57,350 nt of DNA, from contig JBFLYM010000004.1 of NCBI GenBank assembly GCA_040757035.1, positions 1-57,350 on the forward strand, read 5' to 3'. This document shows, piece by piece, positions 44,934 to 53,097 of this stretch (its first letter is position 1; each line of letters begins with the position of its first letter). Both the position numbers and the translations under genes were made by a program. Source of the DNA: Candidatus Micrarchaeota archaeon (GTDB lineage Archaea; Micrarchaeota; Micrarchaeia; Anstonellales; Bilamarchaeaceae). The notes under the pieces were generated by a model. It searched no databases, had not been told where the DNA came from, and was given only the letters and a program-made list of their open reading frames with translations.

Positions 44934-46136
44934 ATGGATCCAGACCAAAAAGAAGCTATAATTAAAAGATGGCAGAATTTTCCAAAAACATTTGCAAGGG
45001 AGATTGAAGATGAGATTTTGCCTCTTACTAAAAGCAAAAATGCCATTTTTCTGTATGGCCCACGCAGAGCAGGCAAGTCGGTTATATCGCAGAGACTGTT
45101 AAAAAAATCCGAAGGGACCATAAGATATCTAAACTTTGATGACCCCGCGCTACCTGCCAAATTAGCCAACCAGGATATAGAAGAATTGTGCAGCGATTTA
45201 TCCAAAGGCTCAACTGTTGTATTAGATGAAGTTCAAAACGTCGATGGGTGGGAGAAGTGGGTCAGAGCAACTGTTGATACTGTGAGATTCCATCTTATAG
45301 TGACCGGATCTTCAGCAAAATTGTTATCAAGCGAATTCGCAACGACCCTGGCGGGAAGAGGGATAGGATTTTTGATCTTACCACTTTCTTATAAGGAATT
45401 CAGACAACATACTGCCAATAAAAATTTTGAGGATTACCTAAGTCTTGGCGGTTATCCTGAAGTAGTTTTAACACAAAACAAATTAGAAATGGAAAAACTA
45501 TGGGATGCTTATTTTGACCTGGCAATTGTAAAAGATGTCATAAACAGATATTCTGTCAGAGATCCGCAAGCCCTGAGGTCGCTTGCAGTATACCTGCTAA
45601 CAAACTCGACAAAAACGATTAGCTTCAGGTCGTTGAAAGGAGCCTTGGGTATTTCGTTTGATGCAATACGACAATATCTGGATTATCTTGAAACCGCGTT
45701 TCTTCATTTTACCGTTCCATTTTTTGCCTATTCGTTAAAAAAATCCATGGAATGGCCTAGAAAAACATATAGCTGGGATCTTGGATTACAAAGCAGAATA
45801 TCTAGATCTTTTTCTCCGGATATAGGGCGAAAGACTGAAAATGCCGTTGCAATTGAATTAAAGAGAAGAAATTTTGAAACATATTACTGGAAGGGCGAGA
45901 AAGGTCTGGAAGTAGATTTTATAGCCAGAAAGGGGCCAGAGATTTTACCGATAAATGTTTCATACACTGATAAACTAGCGGAAAGAGAGACGAAAGCTTT
46001 AGAAGCTTTTATGGAAGAGCATAAATTGAAATATTCTTTGGTGCTTTCAAAAACAAAGAAAAGTGAGACAATAAAAACCAGTGGTAATGGCAAAATAAAT
46101 ATTAAAAATATCGAAGACTGGTTATTACATCGGTAA
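44934..46136 (+). CDS. AAA+ ATPase of the COG1373 type (AAA_14 plus DUF4143-like), paralog 3 of 3
   Basis: 400 aa with Walker A GPRRAGKSV and Walker B VVLDEVQ. The TATA-like ctttataaata lies ~27 nt upstream of the ATG. Confidence 0.8.
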   Translation: MDPDQKEAIIKRWQNFPKTFAREIEDEILPLTKSKNAIFLYGPRRAGKSVISQRLLKKSEGTIRYLNFDDPALPAKLANQDIEELCSDLSKGSTVVLDEVQNVDGWEKWVRATVDTVRFHLIVTGSSAKLLSSEFATTLAGRGIGFLILPLSYKEFRQHTANKNFEDYLSLGGYPEVVLTQNKLEMEKLWDAYFDLAIVKDVINRYSVRDPQALRSLAVYLLTNSTKTISFRSLKGALGISFDAIRQYLDYLETAFLHFTVPFFAYSLKKSMEWPRKTYSWDLGLQSRISRSFSPDIGRKTENAVAIELKRRNFETYYWKGEKGLEVDFIARKGPEILPINVSYTDKLAERETKALEAFMEEHKLKYSLVLSKTKKSETIKTSGNGKINIKNIEDWLLHR

Positions 46137-46259
46137 TTTTCATATTCGCATTTTGAACCACTAAACATAACTTTATAAAGACTTTTACGAATAAAAAAAC
46201 TTTCATTAAGTAGTAAAAATTATTGGTACTATCTTGATCGACTAAACGATGATAGAATA

Positions 46260-46309
46260 GTTTTTGAAGAGCTTGAGCCAAAACAACAATTGTTTATGGA
46301 AGCATTTTC
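46260..46309. repeat. Dispersed repeat R4, copy b
   Basis: It matches 11142-11191 at 47 of 50 positions in direct orientation. Confidence 0.8.
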
Positions 46310-46339
46310 TTTGTCGCGTTTCGCGGAAAAATAGCACAA

Positions 46340-46434
46340 AATTTTATCTTGCACAAGCGCGAACATTTCTTTTTCACTAAATCCGCGCAGTTCGGCGTAT
46401 GAACTTATCACTCCGCCAGCATTTGCTACAAAAT
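46340..46434 (-). pseudogene. Perfect 95-bp duplicate of an internal segment of the adjacent dehydrogenase gene
   Basis: It is identical to 46571-46665, which encodes ...VISSYAELRGFSEKEMFALVQDKI. It lies 5 nt beyond the gene's stop. The 60-aa track ORF at 46229-46411 reads through this fragment into unrelated sequence. Confidence 0.85.
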
Positions 46435-46438
46435 AATC

Positions 46439-47548
46439 TCAATGGCTAATAGTTAACAATTTGCCGCGTTTCTCCATCGCATCTTCCACTCTTTCTTTCG
46501 CAATTGCTTCTCCTGCTGCGCGTACATTATTACCGCTCATTTTTTCAAGCGCAAGATTAACGTTCTTTACAATTTTATCTTGCACAAGCGCGAACATTTC
46601 TTTTTCACTAAATCCGCGCAGTTCGGCGTATGAACTTATCACTCCGCCAGCATTTGCTACAAAATCAGGAATTATAAGTTTTCCCTTCTTCGCAAGAGTT
46701 TGCTCAATTTGATGAGCGATAGGAATGTTTGCAGCTTCAACAATTATTTTTGCTTTTACATCATTCGCATTTGCAGAAGTAATTACATTTGGTCTTGCGC
46801 CTGGAATGAGTATATCAACATTCAACTCAAAAATCGCCTCTCTTGCGAGAATTTTTCCATCTTGGTAAGATATCACGCTGCCTTTTGCTGCTTTGGTTTC
46901 CATTAATTTTTGGTAATCCAATCCATTATCGTTATAGATCGTTCCTTTGGAATCTGAGACCGCAACTATTTTCACACCGCTTTCACTCAGAAATTTCATT
47001 GTAAATGTTCCAACATTTCCAAACCCTTCTATTGCAACCGTTGCGCAGCTAATATCCATTTTTGAAAATTCAGCCGCAATTTCAGTTGCTTTTGCTACTC
47101 CAAACCCAGTACTTCCTAATTCGTGCGGCAAACCATTCATAGAAGCTGGCTTTCCAGTTGCTGCGTTATTATCACCTATTTCATCAACGAAAATTGCCAT
47201 CTCTTTTTCAGTCATGTTTATATCAGGACCAGCAATATACTTATTAGAAACATATTGTTTTATTGCATTGGCAAATGCACGTACATACGCTTCTTTATCT
47301 ACTTTTTTTGGATCGCCTTTTATTCCGGATTTTGCACCACCAAACGGAATATCAGCTAACGCATTTTTCCAAGTCATTGTACGCGCAAGTCCAACAACTT
47401 CATCTGTAGTAAGATCATGAACGAACCGTATTCCGCCTTTGCCAATTCCTCTTGCGGTATTGTCTATTACCAAAATTCCTTCCATTCCTGTTCTTTGATC
47501 ATAAACATCAATTATGTATTCTGGCCCATATTTATCTCGTATATGCAT
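46439..47548 (-). CDS. gdh: Glu/Leu/Phe/Val dehydrogenase family protein, probably glutamate dehydrogenase (short form)
   Basis: GIGKGGIRF, the Lys-containing PFGGAKSGI, and the Rossmann motif GFGNVG are present. At 369 aa it is shorter than typical GDH, so the substrate is uncertain. Confidence 0.8.
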   Translation of the reverse strand: MHIRDKYGPEYIIDVYDQRTGMEGILVIDNTARGIGKGGIRFVHDLTTDEVVGLARTMTWKNALADIPFGGAKSGIKGDPKKVDKEAYVRAFANAIKQYVSNKYIAGPDINMTEKEMAIFVDEIGDNNAATGKPASMNGLPHELGSTGFGVAKATEIAAEFSKMDISCATVAIEGFGNVGTFTMKFLSESGVKIVAVSDSKGTIYNDNGLDYQKLMETKAAKGSVISYQDGKILAREAIFELNVDILIPGARPNVITSANANDVKAKIIVEAANIPIAHQIEQTLAKKGKLIIPDFVANAGGVISSYAELRGFSEKEMFALVQDKIVKNVNLALEKMSGNNVRAAGEAIAKERVEDAMEKRGKLLTISH

Positions 47549-47653
47549 TAGTTATCTCCTCAAAATATATTTTAAAATTTGAATATAATTCAAAAGAAAA
47601 ATACAAAGAAACCTTTTTAATTCTTTTCTTCTATTTTTGTGCAGGTGATATAG

Positions 47654-48148
47654 ATGAAAGGACAAGGTTCAACAGAATATTTAGTAATCCTCGCCGTAGT
47701 TCTTGTAGTTGCCTTAATAGTTATCGGACTTTTGGGACAATTCACTGGCTTTGGTGCTTCTGGATTAGAACAACAAAGTAATGCATATTGGCAAGGTGCA
47801 ATGCCTTTTTCAATTACAGACAAAAGATTAAATAGCACTCAAATACGAATTGTATTAGTAAATAAATTGGCTACCAAATTAAATGTAACAAACATAACAT
47901 TCGATGGAACAGGAATAAATTCAACTCTAGCTGGTAACGCTACTATTCCTCAAAACCAAATTGCTTCGGGGCAAGCGGTAACGATAGTTGGAGACGTAGT
48001 TAGTGCTAATCCATGCGCAACAGTTCCTAGCGGCACTATATATCAAGTTAACCAGGTTGTTATTACATATACAAGCTATGCTAATGACAATATTGTAACC
48101 GGCTTAACTCAGGCTGGAGATAAAGGCCTCTATGGTAAGTGTTCGTAA
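47654..48148 (+). CDS. Archaeal type IV pilin-like protein with a class III signal peptide
   Basis: The N-terminus MKGQGSTEYLVILAVVLVVALIVIGLL fits the class III signal peptide pattern (KG-QxSxEYL plus a hydrophobic helix). It is preceded by aggtga. Confidence 0.7.
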   Translation: MKGQGSTEYLVILAVVLVVALIVIGLLGQFTGFGASGLEQQSNAYWQGAMPFSITDKRLNSTQIRIVLVNKLATKLNVTNITFDGTGINSTLAGNATIPQNQIASGQAVTIVGDVVSANPCATVPSGTIYQVNQVVITYTSYANDNIVTGLTQAGDKGLYGKCS

Positions 48149-48178
48149 TTTTTAATTTTTTTCTTTTTTTATTTTAAA
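48149..48178 (+). terminator. Oligo-T tract after the pilin gene
   Basis: The sequence tttttaatttttttctttttttatttt follows the stop directly. Archaeal termination commonly uses T-runs. Confidence 0.35.
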
Positions 48179-48207
48179 AACTGAAGAAAGAATTTTGTAA
48201 AATCAAG

Positions 48208-49311
48208 TCAAAATATTCCAAATCTCTTCTTCTTTCCTTCTTCATCAAATTTTATAATAAGTTCTTTTTGAACGTGTGAAAGATTTTTTGGAATTTGAAC
48301 AATTACGCGCACAAATTCATCGCCTTTTTTTCCACTATGTACATCAGGCATTCCTTCGTTGTGCATCTTAAAAAGCGTATGACTTTGAGTTCCAGGAGGA
48401 ATTTCTAATTTTGCGTTTCTTCCATCAATAGTAGCCACATCTATTTTTGCTCCAAGTATTGCTTGCAAAAGACTAATTTTGACTTCAGTATAAAGATCGT
48501 TTTTATGTCTTTCAAAAATAGGATGTTTAGCTACATGCACATGAACGTATAAATCTCCGCATCCATCATGACCATATTCGCCTTCATTATCAAGACGTAC
48601 TTGCATTCCATCATGAATTCCTTTTGGGATATGGACAAGAATTCTTTCATTTTTTCTTACACTACCTCTACCGTAACAATTTTTACATTGTTTTTCAATC
48701 GCACTGCCTTCGCCACGGCAATTGACGCATGTACTGACCGAGCGAAATAACATCGGTCCCATTCGTTTTGTCTGCGCTATTTGTCCTGTTCCTTTGCATT
48801 TTGGACAGACCTTAACACCTGAATTTGGCTCTGCTCCTGTTCCGGAACACTTCGCGCACAATGCATTTTTTTCAAGATTGATATTACGTGTTGTTCCGCT
48901 AGCAGCTTCTTCCAATGTTATTTCTATTTCTGTATGTAAATCGCCTCCATAATAACTACTTCTTCGCCTTCCCCTTTTTGTATGGAAAAAATGAGAGAAT
49001 ATGTCTTCGCCAAATCCAAATTGATCAAAAAGGTCTGAAAAATCGGAAAAATCTGCATTGCGGAAAATATCCTCCTGGCTAAAGCGTTGATCAAAACCAG
49101 CATGTCCAAACTGATCGTACTGCTCTTTTTTTGTGTCGTCAGAAAGTACTGCATATGCTTCTGATAATTCTTTAAATTTTTCTTCATTACCCTTTTCAGT
49201 ACTGCGATCTGGATGATATTTAAGCGCGAGTTCTCTATACGCTCTTTTTATCTGGTCTTTTGATGCGTTTCTTGGAACACCAAGTATGTCATAATAATCA
49301 CGCTTTGTCAT
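48208..49311 (-). CDS. dnaJ: Chaperone DnaJ
   Basis: It has a J domain with HPD (YHPDR) and four CxxCxGxG zinc-finger repeats. Confidence 0.95.
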   Translation of the reverse strand: MTKRDYYDILGVPRNASKDQIKRAYRELALKYHPDRSTEKGNEEKFKELSEAYAVLSDDTKKEQYDQFGHAGFDQRFSQEDIFRNADFSDFSDLFDQFGFGEDIFSHFFHTKRGRRRSSYYGGDLHTEIEITLEEAASGTTRNINLEKNALCAKCSGTGAEPNSGVKVCPKCKGTGQIAQTKRMGPMLFRSVSTCVNCRGEGSAIEKQCKNCYGRGSVRKNERILVHIPKGIHDGMQVRLDNEGEYGHDGCGDLYVHVHVAKHPIFERHKNDLYTEVKISLLQAILGAKIDVATIDGRNAKLEIPPGTQSHTLFKMHNEGMPDVHSGKKGDEFVRVIVQIPKNLSHVQKELIIKFDEEGKKKRFGIF

Positions 49312-49351
49312 AAAATCATTGTAGAATCATTCATTTCATTTTTTCATACGT

Positions 49352-51253
49352 TCATTTTTTTTCGTACTTTCCATCAACTATGGTGTCATCATTAGTTCCG
49401 CCCCCATTTGGTTCTTGTGATCCAGAATCGCCAAAGCCTTCAAAACCACTTGTTGAACCGCCGCCGCTACTACTGCTACTACTAGCACCTCCTTCTCCTC
49501 CGCGTTTTTCATAAATTTTGCTTCCGACTTCCTGAAGGACTCTTTTCAAGGATTCTATTTCTTCTCTTATGCGTCCAAGATCATTTGATGTTATCGCTTC
49601 TTGCGCTGATTTTGAAGCCTGTTGGATTTTTTTTCTAGATTCTTCGTCTATTTTATCACTTAAATCAGATATAGTTTTTTCGCTAGTGTATATCATTGTT
49701 TCCAATTCATTTTTTGCTTCCGCAAGTTCTCTCGTTTTTTTATCTTCTTCAGCGTGTTCTTCTGCCTCGCGCATTTTTTTCTCTATATCCTCCTTACTCA
49801 TTTTATGCGGCGCGACTATGCGCATTTTTTGCTCTTTGTTTGTTCCCAAATCTTTTGCTGAAACATGTAAAATTCCGTTTGCGTCTATGTCAAAAGTAAC
49901 TTCAATTTGCGGTATTCCGCGTGGAGCGGGCGGAATCCCCACAAGCCCAAATTTTCCAAGTTCCACATTGTCCCTTGCCATCGGCCGCTCGCCTTGAAGA
50001 ACGTGAATATCAACCGATGTCTGCATATCTGCCGCGGTTGAAAAAATTTGGCTTTTTTTGGTTGGAATTGTGGTGTTGCGCTCTATAAGTTTTGTGAATA
50101 CGCCGCCCAAAGTTTCTATTCCAAGCGAAAGTGGCGTAACATCCAAAAGAAGAATGTCTTTGACTTCTCCTGCGAGCACTCCGGCCTGTACAGCAGCGCC
50201 CATTGCAACGCATTCCATCGGATCCACTCCGCGTTCCACTTTCTTTCCTACAAGTCCTTCAACAAATTTTTGCACAATCGGCATTCGGGTCGGACCTCCA
50301 ACCATGATTATTTTATCTATCTGGGCCGGAGTGAGTTTCGCATCTTTAAGCGCTTGCTCTACCGGTTTTGAGCATCTATCTATTACTGGACGCATAAGCT
50401 CTTCCAATTTTGCGCGCGTAAGCAAATGCGAAAAATGTTTTGGTCCATTTGCATCTGAAGCGAAGAACGGAAGACTTATTTCACTTTGCAGTGTGGTTGA
50501 AAGTTCTATTTTTGCCTTTTCTCCAGCTTCGCGCAATCTTTGCATCGCCTGTTTGTCGCTTCTAATATCCATTCCACTGTTTTTCCTAAATTGATCAGCG
50601 AGATAATCAACAATTATGTTGTCCATGTCCGTTCCGCCTAATTGCGTATCTCCGCTCGTGGATTTTACTTCAAAAACCTTTCCTCCGAATTCCATTATTG
50701 TGACATCTAACGTACCTCCGCCTAAATCAAACACCATAATTTTCATTTCTTTTTCGTGTTTGTCAAGACCATATGCAAGACATGCAGCGGTTGGCTCATT
50801 AACTAATCTTATTACTTCAAGTCCAGCAATTTCTCCGGCATCCTTTGTTGCTTGTCTTTGATTGTCATTGAAATATGCTGGAACAGTAACCACTGCTTTT
50901 TTTATTTCATGTCCAAGAAAAGATTCGGCATCCGCTTTTATTTTTTGCAAGAGTATTGCTGAAAGTTCTTGTGGACTGTAATCCTTTCCATGCAAATTAT
51001 ATTTGTAGTTTGTTCCCATTTTTCTTTTGAATGCCGTAACTGTAGAATATGGATTGGCTACTGCTTGCCTCCGTGCAGGTTCTCCGACAAGTCGCGTACC
51101 ATCTGGGTTAATTGAAACATAGCTTGGAAATGCTTTTCCATAAAGACTTGCGCCTTCTGCACTTGGTATTATTATTGGTCTTCCACCTTCCAGTACAGAT
51201 GCAGCCGAATTGGAAGTACCAAGATCTATACCTAAAATTTTTTCAAAAACCAT
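49352..51253 (-). CDS. dnaK: Chaperone DnaK (Hsp70)
   Basis: [18 protein letters not shown] and other canonical Hsp70 motifs are present. The C-terminal tail is Gly/Ser-rich. Confidence 0.97.
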   Translation of the reverse strand: MVFEKILGIDLGTSNSAASVLEGGRPIIIPSAEGASLYGKAFPSYVSINPDGTRLVGEPARRQAVANPYSTVTAFKRKMGTNYKYNLHGKDYSPQELSAILLQKIKADAESFLGHEIKKAVVTVPAYFNDNQRQATKDAGEIAGLEVIRLVNEPTAACLAYGLDKHEKEMKIMVFDLGGGTLDVTIMEFGGKVFEVKSTSGDTQLGGTDMDNIIVDYLADQFRKNSGMDIRSDKQAMQRLREAGEKAKIELSTTLQSEISLPFFASDANGPKHFSHLLTRAKLEELMRPVIDRCSKPVEQALKDAKLTPAQIDKIIMVGGPTRMPIVQKFVEGLVGKKVERGVDPMECVAMGAAVQAGVLAGEVKDILLLDVTPLSLGIETLGGVFTKLIERNTTIPTKKSQIFSTAADMQTSVDIHVLQGERPMARDNVELGKFGLVGIPPAPRGIPQIEVTFDIDANGILHVSAKDLGTNKEQKMRIVAPHKMSKEDIEKKMREAEEHAEEDKKTRELAEAKNELETMIYTSEKTISDLSDKIDEESRKKIQQASKSAQEAITSNDLGRIREEIESLKRVLQEVGSKIYEKRGGEGGASSSSSSGGGSTSGFEGFGDSGSQEPNGGGTNDDTIVDGKYEKK

Positions 51254-51255
51254 AG

Positions 51256-51888
51256 TTATCCACCTTTTTTATTTTCGTTTTTTTCTTCTAATTCTTCTAA
51301 TTTTTCTTCTAGTTTTCCCTCTGATTTTTCTAATTTTTTTGAGATTATAACTTGAGCGTGTCTTAATATCTTATCTTTGTAAAAATATCCCTTTCGCACA
51401 ACTTCAATAATCGTTCCTTCGGGTTTTTCGCTATCTTGTTGCGAAACTATATCATGCATATAAGGATCACTTTTTTGTCCGATACAATCCATCTCTCTCA
51501 CATCGTGTAATGCGAGCGATTTTTTGAAATTACCTATGAGCATGCTTATCCCTTTTTTTGCCTCTCCATCGGTATGTAATAGTGCGTTTTCCAATTCATC
51601 AAAAAATTGAATCTGCGATTTTGCGAATTCCATTTTTCCGATATCAGCGCGTATTTCTAATTCTTTTACGGTACGCTTTCTATAATTTTCAAATTCTGCT
51701 TGCAATCTTATAAGATTCTGCTCTAAACTTTCTTTACTTTCTGCAGCTATCTCTTTCTGCTGTTTATGCTCAATTTTATTAACCGTTTTATGTGCAATTT
51801 TTTTTATATCTTCTGCAGAAGAACTCATATCATGTTTGGTGCTATTACCATTACTATTGCTGCTGTTACTGTTTTCTTTCTCAGACAT
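51256..51888 (-). CDS. grpE: Nucleotide exchange factor GrpE
   Basis: The coiled-coil region contains [12 protein letters not shown]. The C-terminal beta domain reads [18 protein letters not shown]. It is the first gene of a grpE-dnaK-dnaJ operon. Confidence 0.9.
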   Translation of the reverse strand: MSEKENSNSSNSNGNSTKHDMSSSAEDIKKIAHKTVNKIEHKQQKEIAAESKESLEQNLIRLQAEFENYRKRTVKELEIRADIGKMEFAKSQIQFFDELENALLHTDGEAKKGISMLIGNFKKSLALHDVREMDCIGQKSDPYMHDIVSQQDSEKPEGTIIEVVRKGYFYKDKILRHAQVIISKKLEKSEGKLEEKLEELEEKNENKKGG

Positions 51889-52045
51889 GTATATACCATA
51901 AATTACTATTGTATTGTTTTTGCACTGTACATTGCACTATACTCAATCAGCCTATTTTCTAATGTATTATTTAAATTTAAAAAATTTTAAACTATCTTTT
52001 ATTATTTTAGCAAATCTTTTTAAATCTATCGGTTCAAAAAAAAAT

Positions 52046-52447
52046 ATGCGCAAAAATTATTTGCACAAAATAACAATAATTGACTTTGGTACACCAAAAT
52101 CAGAAAGTATAGATGATGAATTAAAATGGATATGCGAATCCTTTGATTTGGACCCAAAAAAGAAAGCACTTGCCTTTGAAATATTTTTATATCTTCTAAA
52201 CGCAAGCCGAAAAGGTAAGGGAGTAAAAACCTCTGAAATAATTAAAGATATAGATGTAACTCAAGCTGCAATAGTATATCATATGAATATTTTTTTGTGT
52301 GCGGGAATAGCATCTAAAAAAGGGCGAGTATATTATTTACGCGGGAAGAGTTTAAGCGAGACTATATATGAAATTGAGCTTGACATGGTGAGAAGAATGC
52401 ACGCGATTAGAAGAATAGCAGAAAAAATAGACGAGCAGTTGTTATAA
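52046..52447 (+). CDS. Small winged-helix (ArsR-like) putative transcription regulator, divergent from grpE
   Basis: FEIFLYLLNASRKGKGVKTSEIIKDIDVTQAAIVYHMNIFLCAGIASKKGRVYYL has an HTH plus wing pattern. I use the internal ATG at 52046. The track ORF opens at 51914 in AT-rich spacer. Confidence 0.45.
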   Translation: MRKNYLHKITIIDFGTPKSESIDDELKWICESFDLDPKKKALAFEIFLYLLNASRKGKGVKTSEIIKDIDVTQAAIVYHMNIFLCAGIASKKGRVYYLRGKSLSETIYEIELDMVRRMHAIRRIAEKIDEQLL

Positions 52448-52485
52448 TTTTCTTAGATTAGCAATTATTGCTCATTTAGAAACCT

Positions 52486-52540
52486 GACTGCCACGATTTA
52501 TTGCGGTCTATTACTAAAAAACCGCAGAGTTAAGGGTTAA
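52486..52540. repeat. Dispersed repeat R1, copy b (frame-broken relic of the gene end seen at 76-132)
   Basis: See copy a. A 2-nt deletion breaks the reading frame of the original. Confidence 0.8.
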
Positions 52541-52614
52541 GATTTAAAGCATAAGCTTCAACTATGCGCGTTTTGCAAAGTCAGATCTGAAAAATAAAAT
52601 TGCAGGGAGCAAGA

Positions 52615-52677
52615 TTTTCTTTTTGGGGTTAACCCCTTAGACCTTTTTCTTTTAGAAAAAGAAAAAGGGATATGGGT
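52615..52677. repeat. 63-nt direct repeat, copy a (3' end of tRNA intron 3)
   Basis: ttttctttttggggttaaccccttagacctttttcttttagaaaaagaaaaagggatatgggt matches 52827-52889 with 1 mismatch (62 of 63 positions). It contains a 12-bp AT hairpin and a GGGG-N4-CCCC hairpin. Confidence 0.9.
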
Positions 52678-52826
52678 CCGAACCGCGGAGGGGAGTACCC
52701 CTCCCCAGTTTGAGGTGTCATGAACGACGATTCGTTCATGAACATATAACAAACCAAACACGGTAATTCTTCGATACTTTCTGAATTACTTTGTTGGTTT
52801 GTCATATCATCCTGACCCTCCCCCAT

Positions 52827-52889
52827 TTTTCTTTTTGGGGTGAACCCCTTAGACCTTTTTCTTTTAGAAAAAGAAAAAGGGATATGGGT
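52827..52889. repeat. 63-nt direct repeat, copy b (5' end of tRNA intron 3)
   Basis: See copy a. It abuts exon 3, on the 5' side of the T-loop. Confidence 0.9.
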
Positions 52890-53097
52890 TTGAACTTGCG
52901 CAGCCGCTAAGACACAGGGTTTCTAAACATTTTTTTTGTTCGCTCTACAGTTTTGGTGTCGCGAATCCATCCATTCCAAAACCGAAAACACTAAACTGAA
53001 AATATCCCTAAGCCCTGCGCGTATAGTCTCTATAACCCAAAAAAATAGGAAACAGATTTGACCTGGCTCCGCCATCCCTGCACAAATAATACAAATA

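Larger units (their letters stand above)
52601..53081 (-). tRNA. tRNA-Leu(UAG) interrupted by three introns (D-arm 22/23, canonical 37/38, T-loop ~59/60)
   Basis: Exons are 53081-53057, 53021-53007, 52920-52889 and 52614-52601. Spliced, they give an 86-nt class II tRNA. The acceptor GCAGGGA/UCCCUGC has 7 perfect bp and the D-arm reads GCG-GAGCCAGGUCAAA-CGC. The anticodon stem CAGGG/CCCUG carries the loop CUUAGGA, followed by a 15-nt variable arm. The T-arm is GCAAG-UUCAAAU-CUUGC and the discriminator is A73. Intron 2 fits an hBHBh' motif. An oligo-T tract follows the 3' end. Confidence 0.85.

Noticed and set aside
46229-46411. 60-aa ORF starting MISSYAELRGFSEKEMFALVQDKI
   Set aside because: Its N-terminal half is the 95-bp duplicated gdh fragment read in frame, and the rest is unrelated repeat DNA. 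I treat it as a gene fragment, not a gene.
44433-46438. Calling the TauE-gdh interval an integrated element or prophage
   Set aside because: Repeats and a duplicated gene fragment suggest recombination. However, there is no integrase, transposase, capsid or replication gene, and I could define no clean att pair flanking the interval.
46947-51000. Long antisense ORFs inside gdh (46947-47420), dnaJ (48722-48952) and dnaK (49569-49997, 50058-50594, 50616-50861)
   Set aside because: They are shadow frames of highly conserved genes on the opposite strand.
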